Source: an uncultured Roseivirgaceae bacterium (lineage in GTDB: Bacteria > Bacteroidota > Bacteroidia > Cytophagales > Cyclobacteriaceae). From it: a stretch of DNA of 49,125 nucleotides. The stretch lies in contig CAYGTD010000001.1 of NCBI GenBank assembly GCA_964352725.1, forward strand, positions 1 through 49,125. Reading direction: 5' to 3'. The notes below the pieces were generated by a model. That model saw nothing but the letters and a program-made list of their open reading frames with translations. It made no database searches and had not been told where the DNA came from. The stretch's first letter is position 1; every line of letters begins with the position of its first letter. Shown piece by piece: positions 1 through 8,751 of this stretch. A program made the position numbers and the translations under genes.

Positions 1-1375
1 CACCCACAGTGGTGAGTCAAGACTAGCTTCTTCCCTACTTAACATCCTATCAAAGGATCAAATACTTGAAAATCAAAATACGATTCGAGAGCTAGAAAGC
101 AAACTTAATTGGCGTCAAAATATCCTAGCGATTGCAAAAGTTAATCAAGATAGCAAGGAAAGTTTTGATGAAATAGTGAATTGGTCTAAGAAAAGAAGCA
201 ACAAAATTCATCCATTTGTAAGGCTATTTTCATTCATATCTCCCTTAATAGTAATAGGACTCTTTACAGTCTACAATTTATTAGATTCTGCTATTTTCTT
301 GAATCTAGGATTACTCCTTGTGGTGGTAAATCTTATTCTTTTGGCTTCTCAATTGAGAAGAGTCAATCAAGAAAGCATTGGATCGGGAAAGATTGACAAA
401 ATCATCAAACAATATAGTCTTATCATAGAGGAAATTGAAAAGGAAGATTTTCAAAGTAAGAAATTGAAAGACCTTAAAAGTAGACTTGGAGAGAATACCA
501 AAGCCAGTGTGAACATCGCTCGATTGTCGTCACTTTTTGCAAGAATGGATAACGTAATGAACGCCTTTTCATGGATATTTAATGGTTTATTTCTTTATCA
601 TATTCATACACTTCACGCGCTACAAAAGTGGAAACTACATCACGCTAGTGATGTCGCTATATGGCTTGATATTATTGGAGAATTTGAAGCTATGAGTAGT
701 TTGGCAAACTTCTACTACAATAATCCTAAATATTGTTTCCCTGATATCAATGATGTAGGTGAATTGAGTTTTTTGGAATTGGGTCATCCTCTCATTAATC
801 AAGAGACAATGGTCACTAATTCTGTTTCATTTAAGGGTAATACCTTCTTTATTCTGACTGGTTCGAATATGTCAGGAAAAAGCACATTTCTTCGAACGCT
901 TGGGATTAACATGATTTTAGGAGGTATCGGCGCACCGGTTTGCGCCTCTAAGGCATCTATTCACCCACTACCCGTTTTGGTTTCCATGAGACTCTCAGAC
1001 TCTTTAAACGATAGTGAATCCTACTTCTTTGCAGAAGTAAAACGTCTAAAAGAAATCATGGATACATTAGAACATCAAAAGTGTTTCGTTCTTCTAGATG
1101 AAATTCTAAGGGGAACTAACTCTGATGACAAACGGACAGGTACTATTGGAGTGATTAAGAAAATTATTTCAAAAAATGCAGTGGGCGTAATAGCTACACA
1201 CGACCTGGAGGTATGCTTAACAACCGATGACTATCCTGAGATATTAGCCAATAAATGCTTCGAAGTAGAAATCTTGGATAATGAACTTCACTTTGATTAC
1301 AAACTAAGAGATGGAATCTGTCAAAATAAAAGTGCTACATTCCTAATGGAGAAAATGGAAATTATAGGTTCATGA
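1..1375 (+). CDS. MutS-family ATPase (domain V) with transmembrane segments, 5'-truncated by the window edge
   Basis: Walker A TGSNMSGKST, SYFFAEVKRLK, LLDEILRGTNS and ATHD motifs. The frame is open from base 2 (THSGESRLASSLL...), so the real start lies upstream of the window. Two hydrophobic helices precede the ATPase domain. Confidence 0.9.
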   Translation, partial: THSGESRLASSLLNILSKDQILENQNTIRELESKLNWRQNILAIAKVNQDSKESFDEIVNWSKKRSNKIHPFVRLFSFISPLIVIGLFTVYNLLDSAIFLNLGLLLVVVNLILLASQLRRVNQESIGSGKIDKIIKQYSLIIEEIEKEDFQSKKLKDLKSRLGENTKASVNIARLSSLFARMDNVMNAFSWIFNGLFLYHIHTLHALQKWKLHHASDVAIWLDIIGEFEAMSSLANFYYNNPKYCFPDINDVGELSFLELGHPLINQETMVTNSVSFKGNTFFILTGSNMSGKSTFLRTLGINMILGGIGAPVCASKASIHPLPVLVSMRLSDSLNDSESYFFAEVKRLKEIMDTLEHQKCFVLLDEILRGTNSDDKRTGTIGVIKKIISKNAVGVIATHDLEVCLTTDDYPEILANKCFEVEILDNELHFDYKLRDGICQNKSATFLMEKMEIIGS

Positions 1376-1528
1376 AATCCTAAGCGGAGAGAAAAATCGA
1401 TAGCTAATAAAAAATCGATTTTAGCAAAGAATTGGATTTGAATAGATAGAAGACAGCATGTTTGAAGATTCCATTTGAAGTGTCCATTAGCCACGCAGCT
1501 CTAAATAGTTAGAAAAAACTACATCAGT

Positions 1529-3574
1529 ATGAATAGATATATTTCCTTAATAATCTTACTTATTGCGACTCAAGCATATTCTCAATTCAACCCATCTGAA
1601 ATTGAGATCATCCGTGACAGCTTTGGAGTTCCTCACATTTATGCTCCTACTGATGCTCAGGTATCTTATGGATTGGCTTGGGCTCATTCTGAAGACGATT
1701 TTGCTACCATTCAGCAAACTGTGATGGCAGCTAAACAACTGCTTGGAAGACATCTTGGAAAAGAAGGTGCGCCAATAGACTATGTGGTTGGCCTACTTCG
1801 AGTAGAAGATATTGTGGATAAACATATTAGCGACGTTTCTCCTGAGTTCAGAAAGATAGTTCAAGGTTATGTTGCAGGTTTAAACGCCTATGCAAAGCAT
1901 CATCCTAAGGAAGTTTTACTTAAACGAACATTTCCTATTTCTGAAAAAGACATTTTCAAAGCGTATGTATTGCAATTAGCCGTGCAAGATGGTGGCGATG
2001 GGGTTATTCAGAATTTATTCAATGACAAAATAGAACCTCATGTAGATGAAGTAAAAGGCTCCAATGCTTTTGCTATCAACAGAAACAAAACAAAAGACGG
2101 GGAGATCTTTTTAGCAATAAATTCACATCAACCTTTAGAGGGACCTGCTGCTTGGTATGAGGCTCATTTAGTAAGTGATGAAGGTTGGAATATGATGGGA
2201 GGGTTATTCCCAGGAGGGCCAGTTGTGTTTCATGGAACAAATGAATACCTGGGGTGGGCACACACTGTAAACTACTTTGATAAAGTGGATATTTTCCAAT
2301 TAGAAATGCATCCAGATAAAAAGAATGTGTACCGAATAGATGACGAATGGTATGATCTTGAAAAAAGGAACGTAAAGCTTAAAGTAAAACTGTTTCTAGG
2401 TTTAAGAATTGGGATTAGGAAAAAGGCATATTATTCCAAATACGGACCAGTTGTAAAAAACAATACAGGAAATTTCGCTTTTAAAATGGCTGTTTTTGAT
2501 GAAATAAGAGCAGTCGAGCAATGGTATAAGATGAATAAAGCTACCAACCTGAGTGAGTTCAAGAAAGCTATGAGTATGACTTCCATCCTAAGCTTCAATA
2601 CCGTGTATGCTGATAGAGATGGGAATATTTACTACATCAGCAATGGGAAGATTCCAATGCGCGATCCAACCTATAACTGGAAAGAAACCCTACCTGGCAA
2701 CACTTCCTCTACCCTATCCACAACCTATCACACATTTGATGATCTACCACAAATAACCAATCCTCCGTCTGGATACTTATTTAACACAAACAATACTCCT
2801 TTTAGCTCAACAGCCAATGAGGATAATATGATTAACGCTGACTATGACTCCACCATGGGATTTGGTACAAAGGAAAACAATCGAAGTACGCGCTTTATGG
2901 AGTTAATTGGGCAATACGATAAATTAAGCTGGCAAGATTTTCTAGATATTAAATACGATGGCACATTGCCCGATTCGCTAGTATTCAGCGTAAACATGAA
3001 TCCCCTTTTATCCATGAGAGCGGATACCTCTGAGAGAGCGACTAAGATTTTAGAAATTCTACAATCATGGGATAAATCAACATCTATTGAGCAAATTGGT
3101 CCAGTTCACTTACTTCTCACCAACATTCATTTGCGATGGAGGGATGACATTGAAGACAAAACCAATATTCCAAAAGATCAGATGATTCCATCCCTCGTTT
3201 ATACATATAAATACCTTATGAAGTATTTCAATAAAATAGATGTAACATTAGGCGAATATCAAAAGCTGGTGCGTGGAGAAAAAGAGCTTCCTCTACCAGG
3301 ATTTCCAGATGTAATCACCGCTATGTATTCTACAAAACACAAAGATGGGAAAGTGAAAGGAAGAGCTGGTGAGTCCTACATTATGATGGTGCGCTACCCA
3401 GAAGAAGGACTTCCGATTATAGAAACAGTGAATGTATATGGTGCATCAAGCAAACCAGAAAGTTCACACTATGATGATCAAATGGAGATGTTTGTGAACA
3501 AGCAACTAAAGCCCATGACATTAGATATTGATGAAGTAAGGAGAAACGCTGAGAAGATTTACAATCCTAAGTGA
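1529..3574 (+). CDS. Penicillin acylase family (peptidase S45) Ntn-hydrolase, secreted
   Basis: Signal peptide; IIRDSFGVPHIYA; beta-chain N-terminal nucleophile KG|SNAFA; NSHQP; WYEAHL; C-terminal SSHYDDQ. Confidence 0.92.
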   Translation: MNRYISLIILLIATQAYSQFNPSEIEIIRDSFGVPHIYAPTDAQVSYGLAWAHSEDDFATIQQTVMAAKQLLGRHLGKEGAPIDYVVGLLRVEDIVDKHISDVSPEFRKIVQGYVAGLNAYAKHHPKEVLLKRTFPISEKDIFKAYVLQLAVQDGGDGVIQNLFNDKIEPHVDEVKGSNAFAINRNKTKDGEIFLAINSHQPLEGPAAWYEAHLVSDEGWNMMGGLFPGGPVVFHGTNEYLGWAHTVNYFDKVDIFQLEMHPDKKNVYRIDDEWYDLEKRNVKLKVKLFLGLRIGIRKKAYYSKYGPVVKNNTGNFAFKMAVFDEIRAVEQWYKMNKATNLSEFKKAMSMTSILSFNTVYADRDGNIYYISNGKIPMRDPTYNWKETLPGNTSSTLSTTYHTFDDLPQITNPPSGYLFNTNNTPFSSTANEDNMINADYDSTMGFGTKENNRSTRFMELIGQYDKLSWQDFLDIKYDGTLPDSLVFSVNMNPLLSMRADTSERATKILEILQSWDKSTSIEQIGPVHLLLTNIHLRWRDDIEDKTNIPKDQMIPSLVYTYKYLMKYFNKIDVTLGEYQKLVRGEKELPLPGFPDVITAMYSTKHKDGKVKGRAGESYIMMVRYPEEGLPIIETVNVYGASSKPESSHYDDQMEMFVNKQLKPMTLDIDEVRRNAEKIYNPK

Positions 3575-3633
3575 TGCTATAGTCAACTTGCATGAGTTGA
3601 AACCGCAAACCATAGCAAACCATACAAATCAAT

Positions 3634-4093
3634 ATGCCTGTAATTGTTATTTTACTTATTTTTCTCCATTCCTATATTCTTTTTAATAAAATACATTCTA
3701 AGAAAGCTGAAAATAGAGAAGCCTACCAATCGAACATTTATCTCCTTCTTCACCGCACTTATTCTTGTCCCGTTAACATATATAACTATCTTTTCAATCA
3801 TCATTTTTTCTATTACTTACAGTCCAGAAAAAGAGTTTGATCAAGACAAATGGAGCTCAGACCCTGATGAGCGATATGAAATGACCAAAGACATTATTGA
3901 GTCTAAGATGCTTGAAGGAATGACTAAAGAAGAAATCATCAACCTACTTGGTAATGATGATTTTAACTATAACGAAGATCATTGGGCCTATGGCATTGGT
4001 TTCGTCCCTGGTCTGTTTAATATTGATCCTTCAGTTCTTAATGTGCATTTTGAAAATAACAAAGTGGTACTTGTGACCCAGCACGAAACTTAG
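3634..4093 (+). CDS. Membrane-anchored hypothetical protein with SmpA/OmlA-like C-terminal part; possible +1 frameshift near 3660
   Basis: Two TM helices, then FDQDKW...RYEMTKDII...GMTKEEIINLLG. The ATG at 3634, in an A-rich context, is in a different frame from the main ORF (TTG 3644). Confidence 0.6.
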
Positions 4094-4128
4094 AACGACA
4101 TCATACCTTAATCCCTTAATCTTACTCA

Positions 4129-4486
4129 ATGAGATCCTCCACTCTATATATCATCCCAGTTTTACATTCACTCAATATTGATCGAGACATTAAATAGTAT
4201 GAGAAATACACTGGCTTCAAGAAGGATTTTGGAAGGATATGCAGGCTTAAAGAGAGATAAACTCGAATTCCATTTACAATTCTATCATGGCACTGAAGAA
4301 GACCCCACAACCGGCGGTTCAGTTATGAAAATATTTGAATCAGACATTGAACCTTACTTTTTAGAGTTTTTAATACGTGGAACCATCACTAAAAATAAAT
4401 TCAGAAGAAACACCCCTTGGGGCATACATGAGTTTGATTTTTATGATTTGAATAATAATACAATATTTATTGTGCTGGATATTTAA
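4129..4486 (+). pseudogene. VOC/glyoxalase-bleomycin-resistance family gene, disrupted
   Basis: ATG 4129 reads MRSSTLYIIPVLHSLNIDRDIK*YEKYTGFKKDFG with TAG at 4195-4197. A frameshift near 4231-4237 leads into GYAGLKRDKLEFHLQ...TPWGIHEFDFYDLNNNTIFIV, a typical VOC C-terminus. Confidence 0.8.
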
Positions 4487-4523
4487 ACATGTAACTCACA
4501 GTCTCGTTAATCCTCTAATATTC

Positions 4524-5480
4524 ATGAAAGCATTTATTTGTGAAAAATACGGTCCGCCAAAGGATCTTCAACTCAAAGAGTTGCCTCAGCCAATCCCTAA
4601 AGAAAATGAAGCCCTTATCAGAATTAAAGCTTCTGCAGTGAATGATTATGACTGGAGTATGGTAAGAGGTAAGCCAGCATTATATCGCTTGCTTTTTGGT
4701 TTATTCAAACCAAGAAAACCAATACTAGGAATGGAAATGTCGGGCATCATTGAGGCAATTGGAAGCAATACTTCCTCTTTTAAAATTGGAGATGAGGTCT
4801 ACGGTGATACTTCAGATTATGGTTTTGGTACGTTTGCTGAATATATTAGCATAAATGAAAAAGCTCTTGCTCTTAAGCCCGATAAAATGTCATTTGTAGA
4901 AGCTGCTGCCACCTCTCATGCTTCTATGTTGGCGTATCAAGGGTTGATTGATATAGGGAAAATCAAAAAAGGCGATAAAGTATTAATCAATGGAGCTGGT
5001 GGTGGAGTGGGCACTTTCGCTTTTCAACTCGCAAAACTTTATGATTGTGATATAACTGGTGTTGACACGGGAAACAAACTCAAAATGATGCAATCCATTG
5101 GCTTTGATCAAGTCATTGATTACAAAAAAGAAGACTTCACAAAAAGCAAAGAGAGATATGATCTAATCCTTGATGCAAAAACAACTCGTGCACCAGAAGC
5201 TTATGTAGGTTGCTTAAATCTCAATGGGAAATACGTGACTGTAGGTGGAGAAATTTTTCGTCTACTTCAGATTTTATTTGCTCGAAAGGTGCGCAGAAAG
5301 AATGTTTTTATGGTTGGATTACAAGCCAACAAGGATATCGCATACATCAATCAACTTTATGAAGAAGGGAAGATAAAACCCATCATTGACGGCCCTTATC
5401 CATTCGAAGAGACACCTCAAGCTATTCAGCACTTTGGGGAAGGAAGGCATGCAGGAAAAGTGATTATTTCTATTTCATAA
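4524..5480 (+). CDS. NAD(P)-dependent MDR-family oxidoreductase (quinone oxidoreductase-like)
   Basis: MKAFICEKYGPP start (ATG 4524); ASAVNDYD; GMEMSG; Rossmann motif VLINGAGGGVG; no Zn-binding Cys set; GRHAGKVII end. Confidence 0.9.
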   Translation: MKAFICEKYGPPKDLQLKELPQPIPKENEALIRIKASAVNDYDWSMVRGKPALYRLLFGLFKPRKPILGMEMSGIIEAIGSNTSSFKIGDEVYGDTSDYGFGTFAEYISINEKALALKPDKMSFVEAAATSHASMLAYQGLIDIGKIKKGDKVLINGAGGGVGTFAFQLAKLYDCDITGVDTGNKLKMMQSIGFDQVIDYKKEDFTKSKERYDLILDAKTTRAPEAYVGCLNLNGKYVTVGGEIFRLLQILFARKVRRKNVFMVGLQANKDIAYINQLYEEGKIKPIIDGPYPFEETPQAIQHFGEGRHAGKVIISIS

Positions 5481-5523
5481 TCCATAAGATCAGAGCTGTT
5501 AAAAAATCTTAAAAACTGGGTGA

Positions 5524-5539
5524 TGGTGTGCTTGTTGCA
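5524..5539 (+). promoter_or_regulatory. Candidate sigma-54 -24/-12 promoter
   Basis: TGGTGTG-CTTG-TTGCA matches TGGYRYR-N4-TTGCW and ends 17 nt before ATG 5557. Confidence 0.45.
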
Positions 5540-5556
5540 GATATTTGATTTCAGGA

Positions 5557-6312
5557 ATGAGAATTACACTGTTCATATCACTCGTCATTCTTTCTTTGCT
5601 TGCTTCAGCACAACGAAAGTATATACATGGAATCGTTAGAGATTCATCTATCACGAGTATACTAGAACAGGCGCACGTAAGGAACATAACTACTAGTAAA
5701 CTCGCTGTATTGAATGTATATGGAAAGTTTAGAATTCCTGCTCAAAAAGGTGATACGCTAATTATATCTCATATAGGTTTTCAAAATCTTGTAAAAGTCG
5801 TAGAAGAGAGTTGGTTTAAAGAGGAATTACTTGAGTTTGAACTATCTCCAGATCCCATATTTCTCCCAGAAGTGGTTATTAATGACTTTCCTGACTATGA
5901 CCGATTCAAACAAATGATTGTTGAAATAGAACTAGAGCCAGAGTTAGAAATCTATGGTATGTGGACTTTACCTTCTAATGAAGAAAAAATTACATAAGAA
6001 GATCTCCAAAACTCTACTGTTGGTTTATCATTTTCTATTCCTGTCAATTTTGAAGCACTAAGTAAAAAAGGAAAAGAGCAAAAAAAGATGCAAGAAATTC
6101 TTCAGAGCAAACGAAAGACCAATCTTGCCAACCAAAAATTTAATCGAGAATGGGTAGCGGAGATGACAAAGCTAGAGGGCGATGAACTCACCGAGTTCAT
6201 TTCCTATTGTAAGTTCAGTATCGATTATTTAGCTGAAACCACGGTTTATGAAATCCACAATAAGATGATGGCTCTTCTGGATGATTTCAATTCAGAAAGG
6301 GATGAGAGTTAA
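5557..6312 (+). pseudogene. CarboxypepD_reg-like-domain exported protein split by one in-frame TAA
   Basis: Signal peptide plus GIVRDS...GKFRIPAQKGDTLIISHIGF...LPEVVI. TAA at 5995-5997 is followed in the same frame by EDLQNSTVGLSFSIPVNFEALSKKGKEQKK, which runs into ORF 6088..6312. Confidence 0.8.
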
Positions 6313-6384
6313 TATTGAAAGAAACTATCCTGCTCCTAATCATCAAAAATTGAAAGTACCTTCGCCTAGTAAAAAAACAAACAG

Positions 6385-6903
6385 ATGTACGCTGCTATTT
6401 CTAAAGTGCTAAAAAAATTCATCAGACCAAGCACTCTCTTCAAACATGGATTCAATTTCGCTCCCATGTACAGACGAAGTACGGGAAGGCTCTATGATGT
6501 CACTGATGATTTACTGGAGGTAAAAGTTAAAATTCCAATCAGTTGGAAAAATAGAAATTATGTAGGAACCATCTTTGGAGGTAGTATGGCATCAGCCACT
6601 GATCCTATTTACATGATTCAGCTGATGAATATTCTTGGAGAGAAGTATGTGGTATGGGATAAAGAAGCGACCATCAAGTTTAAAAGACCAGCCAATCAAT
6701 CGGTTTATGCCCACTTTCTTTTCACTCCAGAAGAGATTGACCAAATCAAAAAAGATGTAAGTGTTAAAAAGGAAATTGATTTGATTAAGAGAGTGAAGCT
6801 AACCAATCAAGATGGCGACAAACTATTTGCTGAGGTTATCAAAACCATTTATGTAGCTGACAAAACCTTCTACAAAGCAAAGAGGGCAAAGCGGAAAAGT
6901 TAA
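6385..6903 (+). CDS. Hotdog-fold thioesterase-like protein (DUF4442/YiiD C-terminal type)
   Basis: NRNYVGTIFGGSM..ATDPIYM and VVWDKEATIKFKRP; TACCTTCG -7-like element at 6357-6364. Confidence 0.85.
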   Translation: MYAAISKVLKKFIRPSTLFKHGFNFAPMYRRSTGRLYDVTDDLLEVKVKIPISWKNRNYVGTIFGGSMASATDPIYMIQLMNILGEKYVVWDKEATIKFKRPANQSVYAHFLFTPEEIDQIKKDVSVKKEIDLIKRVKLTNQDGDKLFAEVIKTIYVADKTFYKAKRAKRKS

Positions 6904-6904
6904 A

Positions 6905-7810
6905 TTAAGCTGCCTTATCTACTTTTCCTGCCTGCATTTGTTTGACTGTCATGCTATCATTACCCGGACTCCATCCAGGAGCGCCAAAAATATACATCGC
7001 CACTTCTTTCAATCCTTTTGCCTTTCGTACATCTTTGTAGATAGCTTCAAATTCATGGGTATTCAAACGAATAGGGTTATAGGTTTCAGGATCCTTTATT
7101 ATTCCATATTTCGGTGCAACTCCCTCAATCACATTTTGCCAAGTGCCAAATACATGATCCCAAATTAAGAATATACCACCATGATTTTTATCCAAATATT
7201 CTATGTTACTTGAATGGTGCACAGCATGAACATGCGGATTATTAAAGATTTTCCCGATTAGACCGAGCGAACCTACCTTTTTGGTATGTAAAAAGTATTG
7301 ATACGTTCCATTGATGATCATGGCAGTCCCAATCATAAATGGCTCAAATCCAACACAAGTCATCCACAACCAAAAAATTGGTTTATAAAAGGAGATAAAC
7401 CACCCATTTCGAATACTGACAGCAAGATTATAATTTTTGGATGAATGATGCGGTACATGAGCTGCCCAAAGCAATCTTACGGTATGACTTAAGCGATGAT
7501 GCCAATAAAAATTAAAATCATCTGCAAAAATAGCTAGGACCCAAGCCCACCAAGCAAATCCAATAGTTGAATATCCCAAATACTGCTCCCGAAAAGGAGA
7601 CATTACATCAAAAAACCATTGAAAAACAACAACTACGGTAAATACTTTGGTAAATGATGCAACCACAGAAGCTCCAAGCGCAATACCAAATCCAGCTAAG
7701 GAATCTTTCAGCTCATAATTTTCCTTAGCTACAACGTATTCTAAAATCATAAACCCTACTAAAACAGGATAAATGTATTTCATTCCTTCAACAGGATTAA
7801 ATTCAAGCAT
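6905..7810 (-). CDS. Sterol desaturase / fatty acid hydroxylase family (alkylglycerol monooxygenase-like) membrane di-iron enzyme
   Basis: His boxes YWHHRLSH, HVPHHS, FLHT and HAVHHS; DKNHGGIFLIWDHVFGT. Confidence 0.9.
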   Translation of the reverse strand: MLEFNPVEGMKYIYPVLVGFMILEYVVAKENYELKDSLAGFGIALGASVVASFTKVFTVVVVFQWFFDVMSPFREQYLGYSTIGFAWWAWVLAIFADDFNFYWHHRLSHTVRLLWAAHVPHHSSKNYNLAVSIRNGWFISFYKPIFWLWMTCVGFEPFMIGTAMIINGTYQYFLHTKKVGSLGLIGKIFNNPHVHAVHHSSNIEYLDKNHGGIFLIWDHVFGTWQNVIEGVAPKYGIIKDPETYNPIRLNTHEFEAIYKDVRKAKGLKEVAMYIFGAPGWSPGNDSMTVKQMQAGKVDKAA

Positions 7811-7832
7811 AATAGGTGGCTTTTATTAAATG

Positions 7833-8747
7833 CTACTTTCCTTTCTGGGCTCCAAACTTATATGTAATACCAGCTCCAATAACACTTTTGAATTGGACTC
7901 GATCGTCTTCCACTCCATTTTCATCTTCAATCAGGATATCCTTATCATAGATCAATTGCGTGGAAATATTCATTGTGAGCCACTTAGTTACATTCATTAC
8001 TAAAGCATTTTGCCAGTTGACATCAATGGTACCAAAGCTATCAATGTAGCTTGTAAATAATTCAAGCCTACTTTCGAATATATCATTTTTATATTTTGCT
8101 CTAAAAAAAGAACCAACCTCAGCTCTCGTATTCTTACCGGGAGTTATCACAGTCACACCATCATCAGCATAGACCGCTCCCTCCACTCCATACGCTCCTT
8201 TATCAGCTAGACTTTGAACATTTACAAAGGTGAATTTTCCAGTAAGTGGGATATATGAAAAAGTGAATTTGTCATTGGGATAATAGTCCCCTCCTGCACC
8301 TATAACTAAATAGCCTGGCGCCATAAAATCAGAAATCAAATTAACCTGCAGAGGAGTAGCAAATCCTTCATTGAACTGTGTTTTAAAATCCACTAATCCA
8401 CTGAAAAACCATTTTGCATTCTCTTTCTTTATCCGATAACCGTACTTCGTAGAAACGTTTATTTGGTCATCTGATTTAACCAAATCGTTATTTCCTTGCT
8501 TGACAATTCCGTATGCTAAATCAAGTGTACTTTCCCATTTTCCACGGGCTTTTGTTCTATTCGCGAAAATTCCAAAGCTGGCATTAATAGCAGTGGAATT
8601 CTCTCCCCCTGAAGCCCAATTAGTCAAGGATACTTGTGAGAAGGTGAGTGATCCTGCTCCTCCATATTTCCAATAAGTTGTATCTGAGTTTTGGCCATAG
8701 ACAATGATTGATCCAATTGCGAATAGCACAGTAAGTAATTTTTTCAT
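7833..8747 (-). CDS. DUF3078-type outer-membrane beta-barrel protein
   Basis: Signal peptide; FSQVSLTNWASGGEN; KSDD; FKTQF; SDFMAPGY; terminal beta-strand GAGITYKF. Confidence 0.85.
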   Translation of the reverse strand: MKKLLTVLFAIGSIIVYGQNSDTTYWKYGGAGSLTFSQVSLTNWASGGENSTAINASFGIFANRTKARGKWESTLDLAYGIVKQGNNDLVKSDDQINVSTKYGYRIKKENAKWFFSGLVDFKTQFNEGFATPLQVNLISDFMAPGYLVIGAGGDYYPNDKFTFSYIPLTGKFTFVNVQSLADKGAYGVEGAVYADDGVTVITPGKNTRAEVGSFFRAKYKNDIFESRLELFTSYIDSFGTIDVNWQNALVMNVTKWLTMNISTQLIYDKDILIEDENGVEDDRVQFKSVIGAGITYKFGAQKGK

Positions 8748-8751
8748 TGAT

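Noticed and set aside
1392-1422. AAAATCGAT...ATCGATTTT repeat after the MutS-like gene
   Set aside because: Short and AT-rich; at most a weak hairpin, with no support for a function.
3576-3617. Imperfect inverted repeat (TGCTAT..TCAACT/AGTTGA..ATAGCA) as an integron attC or MITE
   Set aside because: Single copy, no RYYYAAC/GTTRRRY ends, no similar sites between neighbouring genes and no integrase.
4195-5997. Stop-codon reassignment or readthrough explaining the in-frame TAG and TAA
   Set aside because: TAG, TAA and TGA all end conserved genes in this window (e.g. aroB, sufB, sufC), and the VOC gene also has a frameshift.
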